NCBI GenBank assembly: GCA_041634115.1
Contig: JBFJMD010000001.1
Span: 1 to 38,299, forward strand
DNA: 38,299 bases
Direction of reading: 5' to 3'
From: Thermoanaerobaculia bacterium
Lineage (GTDB): Bacteria > Acidobacteriota > Thermoanaerobaculia > Multivoradales > JAHEKO01
How positions within the stretch are numbered: position 1 is the first letter of the stretch; every line of letters starts with the position of its first letter. Under the pieces are notes generated by a model. The model was not told where the DNA came from, made no database searches, and was given only the letters and a program-made list of their open reading frames with translations. Of the stretch, positions 32,881 through 38,299 are shown piece after piece. A program made the position numbers and the translations under genes.

Positions 32881-33429
32881 ATGGCCAGAAGAAACGGACG
32901 GCCCCGCGCTCTCGCCGGGCGCCGGCGCGAGCGGCCGCGCGGATTCACCCTCATCGAGGTCCTGGTCGTCGTCGCGATCCTCGGCATCATCGCCGCCCTG
33001 CTCATCCCCAACTTCCTGCTGTCGCTCCACAAGGCGAAGCAGAAGCGGACCATGTCCGACATCCACGAGGTCGGGCAGAGCATGGCCTCCTGGCTCTTCG
33101 ACCAGGTCGGCGCCGCGGCGGCGGGCTCTTCGAGCACGACGTTCGACCTCAGCGACTACGGATCGACGATCGACGCCGCGGATCTCGAGGCGCTCCTCGT
33201 GCCCATGTATCTGCCCGGACTGCCGAGCCGGGACTCCTGGGGCTTCGGCTACGAGTACTACCTGAAGACCGCCGCCCTCCACGCCGACAAGATCATGGCG
33301 ATCCGCAGCCCGGGGCGGGACGGCGAGTTCTCTTCGACCTACTCCTTCGGCACGTTCGAGGTGACCGACTTCGACCAGGACCTGGTCTGGGCGGACGGCA
33401 ACTTCATCCACTGGCCCGGCTCCGGCTGA
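32881..33429 (+). CDS. Prepilin-type N-terminal cleavage/methylation protein, GspG-like pseudopilin
   Basis: Basic leader MARRNGRPRALAGRRRERPRG followed by FTLIEVLVVVAILGIIAALLIPNF (class III signal). C-terminal DSWGFGYEYY...IRSPGRDGEF resembles GspG. Confidence 0.75.
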   Translation: MARRNGRPRALAGRRRERPRGFTLIEVLVVVAILGIIAALLIPNFLLSLHKAKQKRTMSDIHEVGQSMASWLFDQVGAAAAGSSSTTFDLSDYGSTIDAADLEALLVPMYLPGLPSRDSWGFGYEYYLKTAALHADKIMAIRSPGRDGEFSSTYSFGTFEVTDFDQDLVWADGNFIHWPGSG

Positions 33430-33454
33430 GGCCGGGCCGGACCGCAAAGTCGGG

Positions 33455-33937
33455 CTAGGGCGGGCGCGTCTCCTCGACGCTCTTGCTATACCCCTCCTCC
33501 AGCCGCTTCATGTAGGCCTCCCACTTGGCCAGGTTGATCCCGATCAGCACCAGCAGGAGGATCAGCATGACCCAGTGGTTGACGAGCCGCGAGAGGTTGC
33601 GGGTCAGCCCCTGGCGCCGCGCCCGCATGTGGCTGACGACCTCGTTCGTGAGGATGAGGCCGATGATCCAGGCGAGCAGCAGGTAGGTCCAGTTGGCGGT
33701 CGGCGCCGCGCGCCGGAGAGAAGGCGTGAGCGGTCCTTCCATCGGGCCCGCCCAGAGGACCGTGAGGAAGACGTAGGCCGCGACGAGGACGATCAGGAGT
33801 ACGTGGCTGAAGAGGCGGCTCAGGTTCTCGGTCTTGCCCTGACGCCGCGCCATCACCACGCCCGCCAGCTCGGTCGTCGCGATCAACAGGACGGCGACGG
33901 CGAGGCCGATCTCCCACCAGCTGAACTTCTGGAGCAC
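33455..33937 (-). CDS. Hypothetical 4-TM membrane protein with internal duplication
   Basis: GTG start. Two homologous halves (TTELAGVVMARRQGKTENLSRLFSHVLLIVLV and LTNEVVSHMRARRQGLTRNLSRLVNHWVMLILLLVLI). By eye, lower GC than its neighbours. Confidence 0.55.
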   Translation of the reverse strand: MLQKFSWWEIGLAVAVLLIATTELAGVVMARRQGKTENLSRLFSHVLLIVLVAAYVFLTVLWAGPMEGPLTPSLRRAAPTANWTYLLLAWIIGLILTNEVVSHMRARRQGLTRNLSRLVNHWVMLILLLVLIGINLAKWEAYMKRLEEGYSKSVEETRPP

Positions 33938-33983
33938 GGGGGGAGTATATTCGGGAGAGGGAAGAAGGGGCTAGGATTCGAGA

Positions 33984-34937
33984 ATGCCGAACCAGGGCAG
34001 CAAGCCGGGCCAGCCGGATCGAGCGGCCAGAGCGGCCGCATCCGCCGCCGGCCCGCCCGACCCGGAGACCGCGCCCCGCCCCCGCATCAAGCAGCTCGAA
34101 GTGATGGTGGCGGAGGTCATCCGCGAGACCCACGACACCTCGACCCTGGTGCTCTTCACCGGCAACGACCACCTCGAGTACAAGTCCGGCCACTTCCTGA
34201 CCATCGGGCCCCATCAGTTTCCCGGGCTCGAGCGCTTCATCGACTACTTCGAGGAGCTCAAGGGCAGGAAGGAGCCGCCGCGCGCCTACTCGATGTGCTC
34301 GGCCCCGCACGAGAGCCAGCTCGCCATCACCGTCAAGGAGGAGCGCTTCGTGCCCGGGGCGACGAGATTCCCGCCGCTCCTGTCGCCGCTGCTGGTGCAT
34401 CGCACGCCGCCCGGCACCCGGCTGAGCGTGACCGGCTTCGGCGGCCCGTACGTGCTGCCGCCGGACATCGAGTCGCGAACGGACCACCTGGTCCACGTCT
34501 GCGCCGGCTCGGGCATCGTCCCCAACATGAGCATCCTCAAGCACGCCCTCGGCAACGGCCTGAAGCTGCGGCACACGCTGGTCTACGGCAACAAGACCCG
34601 GCGCGAGATCATCTTCCGCAAGCAGCTCGATCGCCTCGCCGCGGAGCATCCCGGCAAGCTCGAGGTGCTCCATTCCCTGAGCCGCGAGGAGCGGCCCGAG
34701 CGCCACGGCCCCGGGTACCACGCCGGCCGCGTCGGCGTCGAGATCCTGCGCGAGGCGATCCCCGATCCCTCCGCGGTCGAGATCTACGCCTGCGGACCCG
34801 CGATCGGGAAGTGGGAGAAGCGCCGGGCCAAGGAGACGGGGGTGCCGGCGACGCCCCGCTTCATGGAGACGGTGGTGGCGGCGCTCGCCGAGATCGGCGT
34901 GCCGAAGCAGAGGATCCACCGGGAGAGCTACGGCTGA
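33984..34937 (+). CDS. Ferredoxin-NADP reductase-like FAD/NAD(P)-binding oxidoreductase
   Basis: RAYSMCS (RxYS FAD motif), GPYVLP, HVCAGSGIVPNMSIL (GxGxxP), EIYACGP...RIHRESYG. Purine-rich SD region GGGAGAGGGAAGAAGGGG upstream. Confidence 0.7.
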   Translation: MPNQGSKPGQPDRAARAAASAAGPPDPETAPRPRIKQLEVMVAEVIRETHDTSTLVLFTGNDHLEYKSGHFLTIGPHQFPGLERFIDYFEELKGRKEPPRAYSMCSAPHESQLAITVKEERFVPGATRFPPLLSPLLVHRTPPGTRLSVTGFGGPYVLPPDIESRTDHLVHVCAGSGIVPNMSILKHALGNGLKLRHTLVYGNKTRREIIFRKQLDRLAAEHPGKLEVLHSLSREERPERHGPGYHAGRVGVEILREAIPDPSAVEIYACGPAIGKWEKRRAKETGVPATPRFMETVVAALAEIGVPKQRIHRESYG

Positions 34938-34949
34938 CCGGCGAGCCCG

Positions 34950-36275
34950 ATGGTCACCTTCGCCTCCCTCATTCTCGGCCTGGTCGTCGGCGTCCACCCG
35001 GTCGAGGTGCTGGTGGACGCCCGGGTGGCGGCGGTCGAGCTGTTCGTCGACGGCGTCCGCCAGACCCGCCTCGAGGCCGAGCCCTGGGTCGGCGGGGTCG
35101 ACTTCGGATCGGCGCTGCGCCCGCACGAGCTGGTCGCCGTCGCGCTCGACGCCGAGGGTCGGCCGATCGACGAGGCCCGGCAGTGGATCAACCTGCCGCG
35201 GGCTCCCGCCGAAGCCACGATCCACGTCGAGCGTGACGCGGCCGGCGGGGCGCGGGCGCGGGTCATGTGGGAGAGCGTCGTCGCGGTCCAGCCGACGTCC
35301 GCCCGGGTGCTCTTCGACGGCCGGCCGCTGGCGGTCGAGGACGTGCGCGAGTTCCCGCTGCCGCCGCACGACCCCGAGCGTCTCCACCATTTGCAGGTCG
35401 AGCTCGATTTTTCCGACACCGTCGTCTCGTTCGTAGAGACGACTTTCGGCGGCACCTACTCCGAGGAGATCCCCGCCCAGCAGACGGCGGTCCCGGTGGT
35501 GGTCGCCGGCGCTCGCGACGCGCCGCGGGCCGACGATCTCCAGGGGCGGTTCGTCAAGGGCGGCGCGCCGCTGCGAGTGCTGGCGGTCGACGAGGGTCCG
35601 TCCGAGATCGTGATCGTCCGCGACCGCTCCGCCCAGATGGCGCTCGACGCCCTCGCCGTCACTCCCTACGTGCGCATCTACGGCCGGCCCGGGATCAGCC
35701 GGGACGTCTCGATCGGCGCCTCGCCGACGCTGCGCTTCGCCGGCAAGCTCCCCAAGCAGCTGCGGGTCCGCTTCCTGTTCCCGTTCTCGCGCCGCTGGGT
35801 TCGCGAGGGGCTGGCCTTCGAGCTCTTTCCCCCGTCGCCCGAGTACACGCGGCGGGAAGGGGGCCTCGTCTGGCTGCTGACCAGCATCCGGCCGCCGTCG
35901 CTGCCGCTCGAGCGTCAGCGGCTGGCCGACGCGGTGGCGGTGGCCGGAATGGTGGCCGCCGCCCGCGATCGCCGCCGCGCCGTCGTGCTCCTGCTCGGTC
36001 CCGATCCGCGCGACGCCAGCCAGCTCGCGCCCGCCGCGGTCGGGCGCTACCTCGACGACCTGCGGGTGCCGCTCTTCGTCTGGAGCGCGGCGGGGGCCGA
36101 CGCCGGCGCCTGGGGCGAGGCGCGGCCGATCACCAACCTGGGGCGCCTCGAGAAGGAGCTCAAGACGGTGCTGCGGCATCTCGACAGCCAGCGCATCGTC
36201 TGGATCGAGGGTCTCCACCTGCCGCAGACGATCTCGCTCGCCGACCGCGGCGACGGCGTGCGCATGGCCCTGTGA
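34950..36275 (+). CDS. Hypothetical exported protein, possibly VWA-related
   Basis: N-terminal hydrophobic segment. The segment FVKGGAPLRVLAVDEGPSEIVIVRDRSAQM loosely resembles the acidobacterial VWFA-related domain. Good GC3 coding signal. Its stop overlaps the next gene's start. Confidence 0.5.
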   Translation: MVTFASLILGLVVGVHPVEVLVDARVAAVELFVDGVRQTRLEAEPWVGGVDFGSALRPHELVAVALDAEGRPIDEARQWINLPRAPAEATIHVERDAAGGARARVMWESVVAVQPTSARVLFDGRPLAVEDVREFPLPPHDPERLHHLQVELDFSDTVVSFVETTFGGTYSEEIPAQQTAVPVVVAGARDAPRADDLQGRFVKGGAPLRVLAVDEGPSEIVIVRDRSAQMALDALAVTPYVRIYGRPGISRDVSIGASPTLRFAGKLPKQLRVRFLFPFSRRWVREGLAFELFPPSPEYTRREGGLVWLLTSIRPPSLPLERQRLADAVAVAGMVAAARDRRRAVVLLLGPDPRDASQLAPAAVGRYLDDLRVPLFVWSAAGADAGAWGEARPITNLGRLEKELKTVLRHLDSQRIVWIEGLHLPQTISLADRGDGVRMAL

Positions 36276-37597
36276 CGCGACCTGCCCGGCGCCCCCGCGC
36301 GCTTCCGCTCCTCGCCCTGGCGGCCCTGATCTGGGCGACGGCGGCCGCTCCCCCCTGCCCGGCGCAGGAGGGAAACGAGGAGCCTGCCGCCGGCGACGAG
36401 CCGATCCTCGGCGCGCCGGCCGGCTTCGCCGTCGAAGGGAGCCGGGCCGGGACCGTCCGGGCTCGCGAGGGCGATCGGCTCTACGCGGCGCCGGACGGCC
36501 GCTCGACGCCGATCGCGATCCTCGACTTCGATCTCGAGCTGGAGGTCCTCGAGCGGCGCGGCGACTGGGTGCGGGTCGTCTTCGGCGCCCGGCGGGGCTG
36601 GCTGCCGGCCCCGGCCTCGGGCGACGGGGCGACCGCCGGGGACCTGCCGCCGCCCGCCACGCCGGCCGCGGGCGGGGCGGACGGGGCCACCGCCGGACGC
36701 GCCGCCGGCGCCGACCCGGCCCGCCTGGAGCGCGCCCGCGCCATCCTCGGACACCGCGGCGAGCCCGCGCGCCTGGGAGCGTTCGACCTCTACACCGATC
36801 TCGACAAGCCGGGGCTGCTCGAGTCGCTGGACCGCGTCGCCACGAGCCTGCCCTACGCCTACCGCGAGCGCTACGGACTCGCCCTCGGCGGCGGCGGCGG
36901 CACCGCCGTCGCGCTCTTCGCCAAGGAGAGCCGCTACCGCGAGTACGAGCGGGACGAGGAGGACATCTCGACGCTCTCGGCGATGGGTCACGCCGGCTAC
37001 GGGATCGCGGCGCTCTTCGTCGGCGGCCGTCGCTTCGAGAGCGTCGCGGCGCTGCTGGTCCACGAGCTGGCGCACCTGCTCAACCGCGAAGCGCTCGGCT
37101 CCGGCACGCCGGCCTGGCTGGAGGAGGGGGTCGCCAACGATCTCGCCTTCAGCCGCGTCGAGCGCTCGGGCCGCCTGGTTCCGGGGAGCCTCGGCGGCAG
37201 CTCCTACGTCGGCGAGGAGCGGCTACCCACCGCCGCCGGCTCGCGCACCGTGACGACCGTCCACCTCGACGGCGCCCTGGCCTCGCTCAGCGTGCTGCAG
37301 AAGGCGGAGCGCCGCGGCCGCCTGCTGCCGCTGGCAACGCTGGTCGAGCTGCCGTGGGTGGAGTTCGTGCGCCGGGAAGGGCGCGACCTGCGCTACATTC
37401 AGAGCGCCTTTCTGGTGCGCTACCTCCTGGACGGCGGAGACGCCCGCCGCGCGGCCCGGTTCCGCAGCTACTTGCTGGCGGTCTCGTTCGGAGCGAACGC
37501 CGATTCCGAACGGCTGCTGGCGGCGCTCGACACCGACTGGGACGATCTCGAGCGCGGCTTCCGCCGCTGGGTGCGGGCCCACCTGGGCAACCCCTGA
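36272..37597 (+). CDS. Secreted SH3b-domain protein with HExxH metallopeptidase-like motif
   Basis: GTG 36272 overlapping the TGA at 36273-36275. Signal peptide RALPLLALAALIWATAAA. SH3b-like RLYAAPDGRSTPIAILDFDLELEVLERRGDWVRVVFGARRGWLPA. LLVHELAHLLN with a downstream WLEEG. Confidence 0.6.
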   Translation: MTRPARRPRALPLLALAALIWATAAAPPCPAQEGNEEPAAGDEPILGAPAGFAVEGSRAGTVRAREGDRLYAAPDGRSTPIAILDFDLELEVLERRGDWVRVVFGARRGWLPAPASGDGATAGDLPPPATPAAGGADGATAGRAAGADPARLERARAILGHRGEPARLGAFDLYTDLDKPGLLESLDRVATSLPYAYRERYGLALGGGGGTAVALFAKESRYREYERDEEDISTLSAMGHAGYGIAALFVGGRRFESVAALLVHELAHLLNREALGSGTPAWLEEGVANDLAFSRVERSGRLVPGSLGGSSYVGEERLPTAAGSRTVTTVHLDGALASLSVLQKAERRGRLLPLATLVELPWVEFVRREGRDLRYIQSAFLVRYLLDGGDARRAARFRSYLLAVSFGANADSERLLAALDTDWDDLERGFRRWVRAHLGNP

Positions 37598-37678
37598 GCC
37601 GGCCCGGGGTCCGATCGGCTCCCGCGTCCGTCGCGAGACCGAGCGCGTCCCGGCGACCCGGGATCCCCGGGGCGCGGT

Positions 37679-37684
37679 TATAAT
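37679..37684 (+). promoter_or_regulatory. Perfect TATAAT -10 hexamer 6 nt upstream of the PilZ gene ATG
   Basis: GGTTATAATGCGCCGATG: TATAAT at 37679-37684, ATG at 37691. No clear -35 and no SD. Confidence 0.45.
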
Positions 37685-37690
37685 GCGCCG

Positions 37691-38299
37691 ATGCCGAACC
37701 TGCCCAATCGCCAGGCCTCAGTGGACTCGCGGCGCATCGCGCTCGAGCGCGAGGTCGCGATCCGGGTTCCGGCCTTCAACTCCTTCGTCAAGGAGTATTC
37801 CACCAACATCTCGACCACCGGCATGTTCATCGTGTCGGAGAAGCCCCACTCGCCGGGCACCGTCTTCAATTTCGAGTTCAGCGTCGCCGACGACTGGAAG
37901 CTCATCCGCGGCAAGTGCCAGGTCGTCTGGACCCGCTACCGGAGCGAAGGGGAGGACCGGCCGGCCGGCATGGGGGTCCGCTTCACCGAGCTCGACGCCC
38001 AGAGCCGGCGGCTGATTCGCTGGATCGTCGAGAAGCACATCCGCGAGGGCGGCAAGCCCTTCGAGCTGGAGGAGCTGCGCTCGGTCGTGGACGAGGCGCT
38101 GGAGCAGGTGCTCGAGGCGGAGGCCGGAGAGGGCGCGACGGCAACCCGCGGCGTGGCCGGCGGCCGCACTCCGGCGTTGAGAACCGCGATCCACCGGGCG
38201 GCGGCGTCTCGCGAGGCGAGCACCACCAGCCGGCTCGTGCCGATCGTCGCCACCGCCTTCGCCATCGTCGCCGTCATCGGCCTGCTGTTCTGGCTCTCC
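37691..38299 (+). CDS. PilZ domain protein with C-terminal TM segment (3' end outside window)
   Basis: Frame 2 is open from the ATG at 37691 to the window end, so it is absent from the ORF track. RRIALEREVAIRV...EYSTNISTTGMFIVSE...GMGVRFTELD (PilZ-type RxxxR / N-x-S-x-x-G pattern). Ends in IVATAFAIVAVIGLLFWL. Confidence 0.75.
   Translation, partial: MPNLPNRQASVDSRRIALEREVAIRVPAFNSFVKEYSTNISTTGMFIVSEKPHSPGTVFNFEFSVADDWKLIRGKCQVVWTRYRSEGEDRPAGMGVRFTELDAQSRRLIRWIVEKHIREGGKPFELEELRSVVDEALEQVLEAEAGEGATATRGVAGGRTPALRTAIHRAAASREASTTSRLVPIVATAFAIVAVIGLLFWLS

Noticed and set aside
33486-36218. A 910-aa minus-strand ORF overlapping the FNR-like and VWA-like genes.
   Set aside because: It has no recognisable motifs and off-frame composition. 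The plus-strand genes have FNR motifs and a better coding pattern.

Overview
This is a very GC-rich bacterial chromosomal segment, and GTG and TTG starts are frequent. It is densely packed with about 34 protein-coding genes. I saw no rRNA, tRNA, CRISPR array, transposase or integrase. All family assignments below come from reading motifs in the translations by eye; no searches were run.

Gene content, left to right:
- clpB 3' end
- a 1369-aa patatin-like phospholipase with a polytopic membrane insertion, preceded by a secreted double CAP/SCP protein
- a rhomboid protease
- a GTGA-coupled operon: REC-PAS histidine kinase, REC-PAS-GGDEF-EAL protein, DUF885 lipoprotein
- two TetR regulators, the second coupled to a three-subunit molybdenum hydroxylase of the 4-hydroxybenzoyl-CoA reductase type
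- zinc-ribbon and membrane hypotheticals
- infC
- two tandem REC-PATAN(DUF4388) proteins, one fused to a DegV-like domain
- manA plus a DUF5996 gene
- an ankyrin protein coupled to an SGNH hydrolase
- a small ArsC/Spx-like gene, DUF427, an EgtB-like sulfoxide synthase
- FolM-like SDR, folB and folK
- an orphan GspG-like pseudopilin
- an FNR-like / VWA-like / SH3b-HExxH operon
- a PilZ gene (3' end outside the window)

Most interesting hidden signals:
1. The ArsC/Spx-like gene is only complete if an in-frame TGA at 28974-28976 is read as selenocysteine. That codon sits exactly at the catalytic Cys of a U-x-x-C motif.
2. The paralogous REC-PATAN pair carries a DegV fusion and a P-loop-less alpha/beta domain.
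3. The giant membrane-inserted patatin has about 400 aa of unassigned C-terminus.
4. The FAD subunit of the Mo enzyme has an HcrB-type [4Fe-4S] cysteine loop.
5. Several genes have an A/T-rich -10 hexamer only 6-7 nt from the start codon, which suggests leaderless transcripts. One of these is overlaid by a perfect 7+7 palindromic operator.
6. A well-spaced Shine-Dalgarno points to a non-canonical ATA start for infC.
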